This document shows, piece by piece, positions 14,134-29,580 of a DNA stretch of 64,000 nucleotides. The notes beneath the pieces are model-generated. The model searched no databases. It saw nothing but the letters and a program-made list of their open reading frames with translations, and had not been told where the DNA came from. The position numbers were made by a program, and so were the translations under genes. The DNA comes from Octopus sinensis. Its lineage: Eukaryota. Positions within the stretch are counted from its first letter, which is position 1. Every line of letters begins with the position of its first letter. Location: NCBI RefSeq assembly GCF_006345805.1, contig NC_043007.1, positions 23,994,001-24,058,000 of the forward strand, written 5' to 3'.

Positions 14134-14277
14134 GCTGTTTTCAAGCTGGAGAACATGGAACAATTCTGAAGAAGCTGAATACAAACGAACAAAAATGCTA
14201 CGAGGTACTGGAAAATGACAATTTGACAGCATTTATTCCTGCAGCTCGGGGTGAAGTAGTCAAAGAAAATGGTGAAA
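14134..14277 (+). CDS. ITPKA/B/C-like (IP3K): IP3 3-kinase exon (GCFQAGEHGTILKKLNTNEQKCYEVLENDNLTAFIPAARGEVVKENGE)
   Basis: Acceptor tttttctcag, donor A|gttagt. 144 nt, phase 1/1. Aligns to the G.F.A...G.ILKK...EQ.C...L..D.L..FVP segment. Confidence 0.95.
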
Positions 14278-14397
14278 GTTAGTATAACTATTTAATTATT
14301 TTCCGTTATTTCATTGGTTAACATAAATATCTTTGTTAGGGTAATGAACTGGCCTAAATGGTACTTGTAGTACCAATGATACAGATCTTATAGTACC

Positions 14398-14934
14398 AGG
14401 TTGAGGAAAAAGTTTGTGTGCTGCGTTAAAATAATGATTTTTTTAATGGAATATGGAAGAATTTATTCAAAAACAACATCTATTCTTCAAAATAAGGACC
14501 ATCATTTTCCACAACCTTCTGCCAACAATATATAAGCTTTGGGATTTGGTCAAAGTACCAATCCTTCGGTTTTGAATTTAAAAAATCCTTGACAGGTTTC
14601 TTCAGCTTCATCGAATGACTTAAATCGGTGACCTTTCATAAAGTGCTGCATTGATTGGAAGAGACCATAGTCAGATGGTGCAACGTCTGGACTATAGGGT
14701 GGATGTGGCAGAAATTCCATCCAGTTCTTCAATCTTGTTGCTGGTCTTTCTGGTGGTATGCGGCTTTGCATTGTCTTGTTGAAACAAAGCTCGTTTTCGA
14801 TGAACAAGTCTTGGATACTTTTCAACAGTGAGTCACCATTGAACATGACGTGAACTGAATGAACACACGCACACCACAAAAATACATAAAAAGCATTATT
14901 TTAACACGGTGCACAAACTTTTTCCTCAACCTAA
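14398..14934 (-). mobile_element. Internally deleted mariner
   Basis: TIRs aggttgaggaaaaagtttgtg / cacaaactttttcctcaacct. ORF contains the HPPYSPDVAPSDYGLF motif. Confidence 0.9.
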
Positions 14935-16619
14935 TATCTAGTCTCATTCTTATGTTCAAATCTGTCAAGATTTACTTTGCATTCTTTCCTCCATCATCAT
15001 CATCATCGTTTAACATCCACTTTCCATGCTAGCATGGGTTGGACAATTTGACTGAGGACTGGCGAACCAGATGGCTGCACCAGGCTCCAATCTTGATCTG
15101 GCAGAGTTTCTACAGCTGGACGCCCTTCCTAATGCCAACCACTCTGAGAGTGTAGTGGGTGCTTTTACATGCCACCGGCACGAGGGCCAGTCAGGCAGTA
15201 CTGGCAACGGCCACACTCAAATGGTGTTTTTTATGTGCCACCTGCACAGGAGCCAGTCCAGTGTTGTTATAATGCATACTGAAATTGGTTCAATTGATTT
15301 CACTTCCACCTGCACAAGAGCCACTCCAGTTTTGTTATAATACATACTGAAATTGGTTCAGTTGATTTCACTTCATCCTTGAAAAATTTGAAACATCTTA
15401 AGAAATCAAAATTGCTCAGTCATTTAGTGCACAGCTATTCCTTTGTTTATCTGTTAATCTGAGAGTTAGAGTGATGTTCTGGTTCACTTGGCAGATCATA
15501 TTTTGGTGTTGTAAAAAGGTGCAGGCATGGCTGAATGGTCAGAAGTTTGCTTTCCAACCACCTGGTTCCAGGTTCAGTCCCACTGTATGGCACCTTGGGC
15601 AAATGTTTTCTACCATAGCCCTGGGCTGATCAAATCTTTATGAGTGGATGTTTATATATATATATATATGTATGTTAATATTTGTGTGTATATATATATA
15701 TATATATATGTATGTTTATATATGTATATATATATATATATATGTTTATATATGTATATATATGTATGTTTGTATGTATATGTTTATGTATGTATATGTT
15801 TATATATGTATATATATATATATGTATGTTTGTATGTATATGTTTATGTATGTATATGTTTGTATATGTATATATATATATATGTTTATATATGTGTGTA
15901 TATGTTTATATATGTATATGTATATGTGTGAGTGTGTGTGTATATACACACATACATAGATTATTCTATATCAAGAGTGACTTCAAAGTTTCAGCCAGCT
16001 AAGTTATCATTGGACTGTAGAACATTTGCAATCATTTTAGTTTTATATAGTTTCTGTTAAGTTAAAATTTTCTAGAGTAAGCTGAGCTCTGTTGAATAAT
16101 AATTAAGTTGCAGGGTTAGGTTGTAGATGGAAAATTTTTATTGATCAAATTTGGGTTTCTGTTATTGTTTAGAATTTATTCATATATGTAAAACTTCGTA
16201 ATCCATGTGATTACAAATTCTGAACAATGGCACAACCCCATATTTAATCGATAAATATTTTCCATAACACCTGTCTGTCACATCTTGCCCTACAAGCTCA
16301 TTATCATTCAACAGAGCTCAGCCTACCCTAAAAAATTTTAACTTAACAGAGACTATATAAAGCCCACTGTCAACACTATATAGACAAAGAAACGATTCAT
16401 GCAGTGGAAACACCCCTCTTCACCTGCTCCAAAGAAGGCCAAGGTCATTTCATCTGCAGGAAAGGTGATGGCCTGTTTTGGGGGATGTAAAAGTATTGTT
16501 TATTGAATTTCTTTGTATTCTTAGACAAAAGTATTGAGTTATTTTTCTGTTTAATGCATAATTGCTTTTTGTTATAAAATAAAAACAAACATCTGTGTGT
16601 GTTCATATACATATATACA

Positions 16620-17810
16620 CAGATGAGGGTGGGCTGAAATGTCCATAGGCTGATTATGAAGGAGTGAGGCTAAAGCTGTGAAATCTTGCGCACATTAATT
16701 TTAGCTCTTCTTATTAATAGCTACATTGTTTCTTTCCAGGTAAACTGACATCTGACTGTTCAAAGAAGACTTCAAAATTAACTAGTAGTGGCTTCTCTTA
16801 AAAATGGGCAAAATTTGGCATAGTGGCAAGTACCTGCAGAAAAAAGGTTGAGCCCACAAGTACCTGCAGAAAAAAAGGTTTTGCTCCCAAGGACATCCAT
16901 GCTTGCTACATTAGTGGGTGAAGCTCCAGCTTTATCAACAGTACAAAGTTGAGCAGCTGAATTTAAGAGGGGCAGGAAGAGTCTTGAAGATGGCCCAAGG
17001 TTTGGACATCCTGGAATTGCCACCACTGAGGAAAATATTGATCGTGTCCACCACATGGTGATGGATGACACGTGATTGACTATAAACCAAATAGCCAATG
17101 CTACTAGCTTATCCTGCGAGAGAATTGAGAATATTCTGCACAGTGAACTTGGCATGATGGAGGTTTCTGTTCAGTGGGTGTGATGTCTTCTGACACCTGA
17201 TCAAGAGCACCAGGCTGATCACATAACAGGAAAATCTGACATTGTTTGAGGCAAATCTAGCTGGTTTCCTTGAATGCTCCCTAGGCCAAGATGAGTGTTG
17301 GCTTCGTCACTTTGAGCCAGGGACAAAGAAACGATTCATGCAGTGGAAACACCCCTCTTCACCTGCTCCAAAGAAGGCCAAGGTCATTTCATCTGCAGGA
17401 AAGGTGATGGCCTCAGTTTTAGGGGATGCAAAAGTATTGTTTATTGACTATCTTCAAAAGGGCTATGCCATCAATTGAGTGTGCTATGCTAACTTGCTGG
17501 GGCAGTTACAAAAGTCTATCAAAGCCAAACCCCCAAGAAAACTGACAAAAGGGGTCTTGTTTCATCTGGGCAATGCTCCAGCACACAAGTCCTTGGTTTC
17601 AATGGCTGCTGTGCATGAATGTGGCTTTGAACTGGCTGATCATACACCCTATTCTCCTGATTTGGCCCCATCTAACTATCATCTGTTCCCTAACATCAAA
17701 AACCACTTCAGTGAGAACTAATATCACAGTAATGATGACGCCATATCTACTGTTGATGGCTTTTTTTACCAAAAGAGTGAAAGCTTCTTCACCAATAGTA
17801 TATGGTATCC
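16620..17810 (+). mobile_element. Decayed irritans/Himar-like mariner transposase
   Basis: Motifs DECW, SSAGKVMASV, IDYLQKG, HTPYSPDLAPSNYHLF across frameshifted ORFs. 5' TIR-like gagggtgggctgaaa. Confidence 0.9.
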
Positions 17811-18035
17811 AAGCACTGCAACTACAATATTTTTCTATATGCTTTCATTTTAGAAAAAAATAAAACTAATTATTGTCTTATATATGGTCACTACATTTAA
17901 AAAAAAATTATATCTTAATTTTAGTTTTTCATATTGAACTGCAGATGAAGGAATAAACCTATAGCAAATATCTTTCCAAAAAGAAATTGTTTATTAACCA
18001 CTGAATACATATATATCTTTTTTTTTCTTCGTTAG

Positions 18036-18163
18036 AATTTCTTCAACTGGAAGATTTACTTGCTCCTTTTGACTCTCCTTGTGTGATGGATGTAAAGATG
18101 GGAATTCGGACATATTTAGAGGATGAGTTGAAGAAGGCCAGAGAAAACCCTAAACTTCGCTCT
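18036..18163 (+). CDS. ITPKA/B/C-like (IP3K): IP3 3-kinase exon with the PxxxDxKxG motif ([43 protein letters not shown])
   Basis: Acceptor tttttcttcgttag, donor |gtatgt. 128 nt, phase 1/0. Carries the inositol phosphate kinase signature PCVMDVKMG. Confidence 0.97.
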
Positions 18164-18519
18164 GTATGTACTAGTTTAATAGAGATTACTATTTTGAACT
18201 GTAAGGAATGGTTGTTCTTTGTTTTGTCTTTTAACCTCAATTTCTATTCTGTCTCGCTTTCTTTAAAGACATATTTATGTTTTACATTTTTAAAAATTTT
18301 TTATTATGCATGAGAGCATTAAAATATTTCTTCTGTTTCCTATTTTCAATACCTAAGCTACAGAAGCATTCCTGCTTTGAAATCATAGGGAATATCAGTC
18401 CAGAATAATTTCACTCTCTGGTTCTGCCAGATCAGATCTACAGATCAATACTTATTATAGTTCGTTTCCTTCATTAACAAAACTGGTTGGCTTGGAGTGA
18501 TTTGATGAATTATAATTCC

Positions 18520-18745
18520 TTATTTCTTTATTACCCACAAGGGGCTAAACATAGAGGGGACAAACAAGGACAGACAAAGGGATTAAGTCGATATTATCGA
18601 CCCCAGTGCGTAACTGGTACTTAAATTATCAACCCCGAAAGGATGAAAGGCAAAGTCGACCTCGGCAGAATTTGAACTCATACTGCAGACGAAATACTGC
18701 TAAGCATTTCACCCGGCATGCTAGCGTTTCTGCCAGCCCGCTGCC
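18520..18745 (-). mobile_element. SINE family A
   Basis: Full head-to-tail copy with 19-bp TSD at 18501-18519 and 18746-18764. Confidence 0.9.
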
Positions 18746-18782
18746 TTTGATGAATTATAACTCCCCCACCCCTCTCTCTCTT

Positions 18783-18843
<61 letters not shown>

Positions 18844-19960
18844 AACACTTTCTTTTCCTTTCATAATTCTATAGATAGTATAGAAGATTATTTGAATAGA
18901 AAGTTTAAACCTGAAAATATGTGTTAAAATGAGCTCAGTGCTACTTTGTTTTTCTTGATTGAATGGATATAGTTTGTATAGAACTAGTTTATCTCAAATG
19001 TATCCACTCATTTGTTGATAAGTATCAATGTATGAACTTGACAGATTTTTGAAAATAATAAATTCTTAGAATTACAATTGCATTGTAGTGCACCCAAGCA
19101 CTGTATACAACAATTTTTCATTTACATTATAAAATTTAAAAGTAAGAGGTGAATCAGCATTATTTGTATTCATATCAAACATTCAACCAGTAGCTTCTGA
19201 CCCTGATTAAATAAATGTATCCGATCTATATGGAATTTTCATTCATATCAAACTGAACTGACATCTGGTATAAAAGAGTTCAACATTTACACATACTGCT
19301 TTTCCTTTCTATTAAAGGCACAAGGCCTGAAATTCTGGGGAAGGGGATGAAATACTGCTGATAGAGAGTTGCTCTCATGATAAAAGTACCCAGTGTGTGT
19401 CCCATAGCATTTAGCAGCAAGAAGAGTATCTTGTAAAAAACCAGCTATTACATCATGCAATGTAAAATACAGGGAAGTGGAAGGCTTCTGTATCCTAAAC
19501 AGGCAATCATGGAAATAAAGGACATGCTACAATGATATCTTATATCTTTCACTTGTTTTGGTCATTAGACTGTGGCCATGCTGGGGCACCACTTTGAAGA
19601 ACCCTAGTCAAATGAATCAACCCCAATACTTTTTTTGTTTGTAAACACACCTATGCTGGTTGTCAGTCAGTGGTAGGGGTCAGACACATAAAGACACACA
19701 CACACACACACACTCACACACCCCACACATGCACACAACTGGCTTCTTTCAATTTCCATCTATCAAATCCATTCACAAGGCTTTGGTTGGCTTGAGGCTA
19801 TAGTAGAAGACACTTGCCCAAGGTGCCATTCAATGGGGCTGAACTTGGAACCATGTGGTTAGGAAGTAAACTTCTTACCACTCACTGAAGCCTGCAACTG
19901 ATTAACACTTTTGATATTGATGGTGATATGGTCATATTAAGTGTATAGAAATTACAGTAT

Positions 19961-20324
19961 TACTCTTTTCAGTCATTTGACTGTGGCCATGCTGGAGCAC
20001 TGCCTTTGGTCGAGCAAATTGACCCCAGGACTTATTCTTTGTAAGCCTAGTACTTATTTTATTGGTGTCTTTTGCCAAACCACTAAGTTACTGGGACGTA
20101 AACACACCAGCATCGGTTGTCAAGCGATGTTGGGGGGACAAACACACACATATATATACAATGGGCTTCTTTCAGTTTCCGTCTACCAAATCCACTCACA
20201 AGGCTTTAGTTGGCCTGAGGCTATAGTAGAAGACACTTGCCCAAGGTGCCACGCAGTTGGACTGAACCCAGAACCATGTGGTTGGTAAGCAGGCTACTTA
20301 CCACACAGCCACTCCTGCACCTAT
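19961..20324 (-). mobile_element. SINE family B, full copy
   Basis: Reverse complement of the 12728-13140 family. Confidence 0.9.
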
Positions 20325-20414
20325 AAAAAAGAAGGCTTTCCTATCTGCCTGCGAGTCGAACCCACATCCCTTTGTTAACGCGACTAAGTGTGTTACCGTT
20401 ACACTAGCGAATCA
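20325..20414 (-). pseudogene. tRNA-like Pol III unit (pseudo-tRNA or head-only SINE) with T6 terminator
   Basis: A box TAGTGTAACGG, perfect D stem GTGT/ACAC, B box GGTTCGACTCG, partial acceptor stem, non-canonical anticodon arm. TTTTTT at 20325-20330. Confidence 0.5.
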
Positions 20415-20525
20415 GTATATAAATATTCCTTATATTATTAACTGTTTAAATTAATTTAAAGTGTTTCCAAATTCAGTGTCCACTGTTGTCATTCGTTCTG
20501 AACATCTTTTGCTTTGTTGCTGTAG

Positions 20526-20675
20526 GATATGTATGAGAAAATGGTTGATATTGACCCATCTGCACCTACTCCAGAAGAACAAGAATTAAGAGCAATCTCG
20601 AAACCACGGTATATGCAATGGCGAGAAAACATAAGTTCGTCTTCCTCTCTTGGATTCCGTATTGAGGGAGTGAAG
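20526..20675 (+). CDS. ITPKA/B/C-like (IP3K): IP3 3-kinase exon, IP3-binding lobe ([50 protein letters not shown])
   Basis: Acceptor ttgctgtag, donor AAG|gtaaac. 150 nt, phase 0/0. KPRYMQWRE and LGFRIEG motifs present. Confidence 0.97.
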
Positions 20676-21659
20676 GTAAACTAGTCATTTCCTTTTTTTC
20701 ATATATCATTGACTAAGTCTACCTTATCTCAAAAGAAATATTGTAAGTGCCAAATGTTATCTAACATGATGTGAGCAAACAGGTTAACATTCTATCTGAA
20801 ATATTTTGACACTTGAAAGGACCCGTCTTTCTTTAGTCATAAGCTAATTTTATTTACTTATTTATTGGTGGTGGTGAGTTGTAAATATTTGTAAATATTT
20901 ACTTTGTCTAAATGTCTGAGATAAGTTTGTCAATAATAATTATGATTTTTAAGGCTGATAACTTCAACCTTAAAGATGAACATTCTCTTTAATATTTACA
21001 TCTAAACTACATTTTGATAAGTTTTATTTTGATCATAACATATGTAAATGTAAATATTAAAAATACATCTCTAAAGACAGGTTAATAACCTGGAAAATTA
21101 TGATCTTAAGATCTCTTTTCTGCATCTAACATATTAACCTTTTGTTGTTTTGATTCTACTAAAATCTGTCAAACATCTGTTATTCTGTTCTTCAGAGTGG
21201 TACATAATCCAACTACTGCTGCTAATCTGATCTGTAAACAGTTTAACTTCAATTACCTATAATATCCAATATCTTTACTTCTTTATCCACCATTTCAGAG
21301 TGTCATTTAAATAACTTGTTTTTATTCTTCTTTCACTACAAATATAAGTATTAGGTTTATATTTGCCAACATGAATAGAGGTCGTACCTTTGAACAGGAT
21401 TGGTTAAATCCTTACCACTATTTCATTTTCCTTTCTACTGTGTGTTATGAAACTGCAGCTAAGGCAACCAGTTTCAAGTTTTGCTCTCAATACTTAAGTT
21501 GAAAAATATAATACGAAAATGATGACTTGCATGTTTATTCTGAATGCATTCCAGCAAATTCAAATGTAAATATTCTAATCACTATTGTGTTTGTCACAGA
21601 AAAAAGCTTCTTTATGGAAAATGTATTCATAATACACTCAGTTCATTAGATTGATGCGG

Positions 21660-22260
21660 TTTCTTGAAACATGCCTTAATATAAGCTAAGCGGGTGCCTC
21701 ACTCCCAGTGTTCTTCCAGCATGCCAGACACCAACCCAGAATTTCTGAGGGCTTGTGCTATTACTAGATAGTCATTGAGTCTATACTAGGTTCGTCCATC
21801 CAGTGAATCCTTTATGGGTCAACAATTGATAGCAAAATGAGCTGCAATGGATCACTCTATCCCAAAGTGTTTGCATGTGTTTAGTGACCACATGTGAACA
21901 TGAACCCTACACCTCAATAGCGAATGATAGCTACAGCTACTGCATCTGTGCTATCCGATGCACTTGTTCTCCCAGTGGGGCATTTGTCAAATTTGCAAGC
22001 TAGATCTTGGGGCCACAGGCAGAAGCATTACTTTGCCTCCTGGACAACCTCATCTGCAAACAACCATTGGATGTGGTCGGCTTTCATGAGGGATGTGATG
22101 AACCTGTTGTTCAAAGCTAGCTCAACCCACCCTGGGTGAATGTCCCCACAAATACAAGTAAGTAGTACAATTCATTGGTACAAAGGATTCTGAGACACTG
22201 GTGTTTTCACATGTGTCTTCTCAGCCAGAAACAGATGAGTCGGTTTTGTTTATAATTTCA
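21660..22260 (-). mobile_element. Highly decayed Tc1-like transposase fragment
   Basis: A stop-riddled minus frame gives LFADE...FCLWPQD, RY*GVGFMF and RIHWMDE, resembling Tc1 DDE segments. Confidence 0.5.
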
Positions 22261-23067
22261 GTGAGAAAACTGTTTGCTGATCTCTGCTGATATCTGCAAG
22301 CTGATAATAAATTGTCATATGCATAGTTAAAGGTAAATATATCCAGGAGTCATCATGAGCTCGGCAGGAACCGTGGCTGACTCTGATCTCAAGACATTAA
22401 GCTACAAGAAATGAGTCTCCTACTGGATATGTCACCAGTCTATTACAGGTAACATTCCTAGAAGATTTGTACCTATTGCTCGTAACTTTCCAGGTGGATG
22501 AACTGAGGTATACTACATGAAGTGACTTACTCGGAAGCTTTGTGACTTGGTACTCAAAATGCTTATCTATTTGACTATTTTATGCCTATATCCTTCTTGT
22601 GATTAGAAGGAACTATTAATAAAAATTTGTCTCTCCTCTTTGCATGCGTTCCTGCTTTCAATGATAATACTTTTAAAGACCAAAAACTTCTCAAGTTATT
22701 ATTAAGGAATATATCTTACAGTGGAATAATTTAACCTTGCCTTGCCCCATACCAACAATCATTGAACCACATCTCTGTGGTCTTTATATCTTTCCTACTA
22801 TTTTTAAAAATCTCTCTCTCTCTCTCTTTCTCATTTCTTCTTTATTTTTTATGTGTAGTTTTGTTTGTGTGTATTTAAATAAAAAAAAATTCACGATGAC
22901 AATGACAAGGGTTCCAGGTAATCTGACCAACGGAACAGTCTGCTTGTGAAATTAACATGCGTGTGACTGAGCACTGCACACACATGCATACCCTTAAAAT
23001 AGTTCTCACGGGAGATTCAGTGTGACACAGAATGTGACAAGGCCAACCCTTTGAATTACAGCTACTG

Positions 23068-23107
<40 letters not shown>

Positions 23108-23124
23108 GATATGTACCCTCCGAT

Positions 23125-23290
23125 GGTCGTTCCTTGGCGTGGTGGAGGGCTTGTGTGGTCCAATGACTCTGAGAGCGATGCCGTCTGGAGTCTAGTACTC
23201 CTGGTAGGGCCACCCATGACGGTAAGGTCAAAGAAGAGAACCCAGACTGAACACGACCAAATTCCTCTTCGAGAACCCAAGTGTGGAGCA
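23125..23290 (+). mobile_element. RTE (Expander/BovB-like) 5' UTR fragment
   Basis: ccttggcgtggtggagggcttg...ctggtagggccacccatgacgg resembles conserved RTE 5' ends. Confidence 0.55.
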
Positions 23291-23775
23291 AACAGATGTC
23301 AACAACAACAACGATTGATTTGAATAACATTTGAACCGATGGAGCAAAGCAACACCAAATGGACTAATTAACAAGGTGTCCCTTTTGACTATAACTGTGC
23401 CAGCGACAGTCTCTTATAATTTCATCTCTTGATATTGCCTGTCTCGTCTTGGAGTGTGTGAATCGTTCCCTGGCAAATTGAAATTTATCATCAACAAATC
23501 CAAGCCATTGCCAGTTCTTTCTGCCAATATTTCTTTCAACAGGGAGAAATTGAAATACTTAGACATGAGAAACAGCGAACTGTATACATACATGCATGCA
23601 TACATACATACATGCATACGATGATGATGATGATGAAGAAGAATTTTATTCCACACTGAAATTATTACTACATGAAGAAGGCTTCGGAATGGTTGTAATC
23701 CTAAGTAAGGATATCATGTGTTTAAAGAAATATTTTCATTTGTCATACCCCCTGATATTTCACTGATTATAATAA

Positions 23776-23821
<46 letters not shown>

Positions 23822-24307
23822 GCATACACACACAACACACACACAAATAATAAAGGTTTGCTTTCTGGGGTAAATTTCAGAAATGTCACTGGAACAGACT
23901 AGGTCTGCATGTTCTAATGCAAAGGATATCAGTAAAATGCTTCAATCAAATTTCTACCAAATGCAAACAACAGATATGATACAGTCATCTGAAATACATA
24001 CACACCCTAGCAAATATTGCTAACAGATTGAGCATTTTATTCAAAGCAAACCAGAAGAATAACAATTATGGACCATAATGTCAGAAATCCAGTTTACTAC
24101 ACAACATAAATATCTCCTTGCAGACTTAAGTATGTGACCTTTTGTGATTTTCGCCACAACTTCTGACGATAATAATTAACTGTGGTATCGGATGCTGGTG
24201 TTGGAGGCACTACAAATTTGAATCTATTTATAATGATTCATCTGACCTTTTTACATCTTACTTGCAGCTTTCAGTAAAAATTCATTCACTACCATTTTTC
24301 TCACTAG

Positions 24308-24409
24308 AATTCTAACGGCGTCTCCAGCAAGGATTTCAAACGTACTCGAACTTGGGAACAGGTGCAAGAAGTCTTCCAGGACTTTACTAGCCACAATAAA
24401 GCCATCATG
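24308..24409 (+). CDS. ITPKA/B/C-like (IP3K): IP3 3-kinase exon (NSNGVSSKDFKRTRTWEQVQEVFQDFTSHNKAIM)
   Basis: Acceptor tttttctcactag, donor ATG|gtaagt. 102 nt, phase 0/0. DFKxTxTxEQV motif present. Confidence 0.95.
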
Positions 24410-24619
24410 GTAAGTATAAATGTGCCGAAGATAATGGGTTGTTAAGATTGGTCAGCACAATATTAATAGGAGGGAGGATGCAAAATGAAGTTAATTGTTT
24501 TTCTAACTTTCGGTTGTTACACTATCAAATAACATTTACGTCATCAATGACTTATTTGTCTTCCTCTCCTTTCTTTCTTTCTTTTTCCTATGGAAATATA
24601 ACAGGCATACCCATACACA

Positions 24620-27532
<2,913 letters not shown>

Positions 27533-28647
27533 CACTACATACAAGATAAAACAAACTATCTTCTGAATCTCTGGCTGTAATGCCGTATTTTTAGTATTGT
27601 AAAGTTGATATGGATGGTGTTGGATCCAACAACGCAAGAGGTTGGTTATCTGATAGTTTTTAGCAATCAGAAGAGCTACATGCATTCTAAATGTCAGTAT
27701 AGAGAAGCGAAAGCAAAAAAAGATAATAACAGACATTTTCAGATGTTATCAAACTGGGCATCAAAACCATCAATCAAAAAGAAAATTATGCAGAAACATT
27801 GGTCAGTCTTAATTTATAATGCAAACAGATGAAGTATGCAGGGAAGGGGTGGGATAAAGAATTGATAATGGAAAGTAACTATGGTATCACTACAATGATT
27901 GACTTGAGCAGTTAAGGTGGATCTGAAGTCATTGAACTTCACTGATGGAGGAATTTGGTGAGATGATGCATTGTTAACTGATCTATCCATGCCAGCAAGG
28001 GAAAACAGATAATAGAGTCATCATCATCATCATCGTTTAATGTCTGTTTTCCATGCTGGCATGGGTTGGTCAGTTTGGTTGGGAACTGGCAAGCCAGGAG
28101 GTTGCACCAGGCTTCAATCTAATCTGGCAGTGTTTCTCCAGCTGGATGCCCTTCCTAATGCCAACCACTCAGAGAGTGTAGTGGGAGCTTTTTATGTGCT
28201 ACCGGCATGGGAGCCAGTTAGGCGGAACTGGCATTGACCACGTTCGGATGGTGCTTTTTACATGCTACTGGCACAGGAGCCAGTCGGGATGGGGAGACTG
28301 GCATTGACCATGTTCAGATGGTGCGTTTTATGTGCCACCAGCACGAGGAGCCCATCAGGCAGCACTGGCAATGACCCATGCATGCATGGTGCTTATTGTG
28401 TGCCACCAGCACAGGAGCCAGTCAGGTGGCACTGGCATCGGCCACAACTACAATTTCCATGTGATTGTGACTTGATTTTGATTTTACTCAACTCAATAGA
28501 ATAATTATTATAAATTGTATAAGGGTGGCAAGCTGTCAGAATTCCCTCCAGAGTTACTACTACTACTACTGATATTTACATATAATTGTATGCATCTCTG
28601 TTTTTTATTGTATGTTCACTCATTGTCGTCTTCCTGTTTCTTTGCAG

Positions 28648-28719
28648 TCTCAGTATGTCAGTCGACTGAAGGAGATACGACCTGCAGTTGAGAATTCCAA
28701 GCTATTTAAAGATCATGAG
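28648..28719 (+). CDS. ITPKA/B/C-like (IP3K): IP3 3-kinase exon (SQYVSRLKEIRPAVENSKLFKDHE)
   Basis: Acceptor ctgtttctttgcag, donor GAG|gtaatg. 72 nt, phase 0/0. Aligns to Y..RL..IR..LE.S.FF..HE. Confidence 0.95.
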
Positions 28720-29129
28720 GTAATGAAAGTTCAGAAATTACTTCAAATCTCTCCAGCCCCAACCCCCATCTCTATTGATTCAACATGCCATCCAGTCATA
28801 CATAGTATTGTATATGAGGCCATGCGCTACTGTACCAATGTATTGCAAGTTTCAATCTCAACTGGGTATTTTTTATCATCCTGTCCAAAGATTATAATAG
28901 TGTTTCATTGTCTTTTTTATTCTTTGTTTTCCTCTCTTTCATATACATCATCATCATCATCATACGTCCATTTTCCATGCTAGCATGGGTTGGATGGTTC
29001 AGCTGGGGTCTGGGAAGCCAGAAGGCTGTGCCAGGCCCAGTCTGATCTGGCAGTGTTTCTACAACTGGATACCCTTCCTAATGCCAACCACTCCGTGAGT
29101 GTAGTGGGTGCTTTTTACATGTCACCTGC

Positions 29130-29181
<52 letters not shown>

Positions 29182-29187
<6 letters not shown>

Positions 29188-29580
29188 GAATACAAAAAAT
29201 GGGACAAGAACACAAAATATCCAGACAGCTAGATGATACAAAAAAGGGACAACAAAACATCCAGACAGTTGATACAAAAAAGGGACAAGAAAAAACACGA
29301 ACGGGTCATTCAAAGTTTTCTTTCCTCAGTCGAGTTCCAGATTATCTTTGCAATTTCGGCTGGTTATACACTAGATTGCTCCAATCTGGCCTGCCCCAAG
29401 GAAAAACTATGCTAAGAGCACTAGATTCCTTGGAAGAAAGCAGCAAATGTATACGAAAACAAGGACGGAAAAATAATGGAGAAATGCAAATAACAGGACA
29501 TAACAACAGGTGTCTTTCAACTAAGGACGAATTAAATTAAGCTGGCGTGTGTGGAAGTGAAGTGATCAGGCTTCAGATAT
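29182..29580 (-). mobile_element. Family E repeat, second copy
   Basis: Reverse-complement similarity to 990-1290 (shared LRALDSLEESK-like shadow ORF). Confidence 0.6.

Noticed and set aside
28190-28460. CRISPR-like repeat-spacer appearance
   Set aside because: Eukaryotic DNA, repeats degenerate and embedded in a SINE, spacers related to each other, no cas genes.
28648-28653. In-frame tandem acceptor (tctcag|tat) that would delete Ser-Gln
   Set aside because: Alignment to ITPK homologues favours keeping SQ, and there is no evidence of use.
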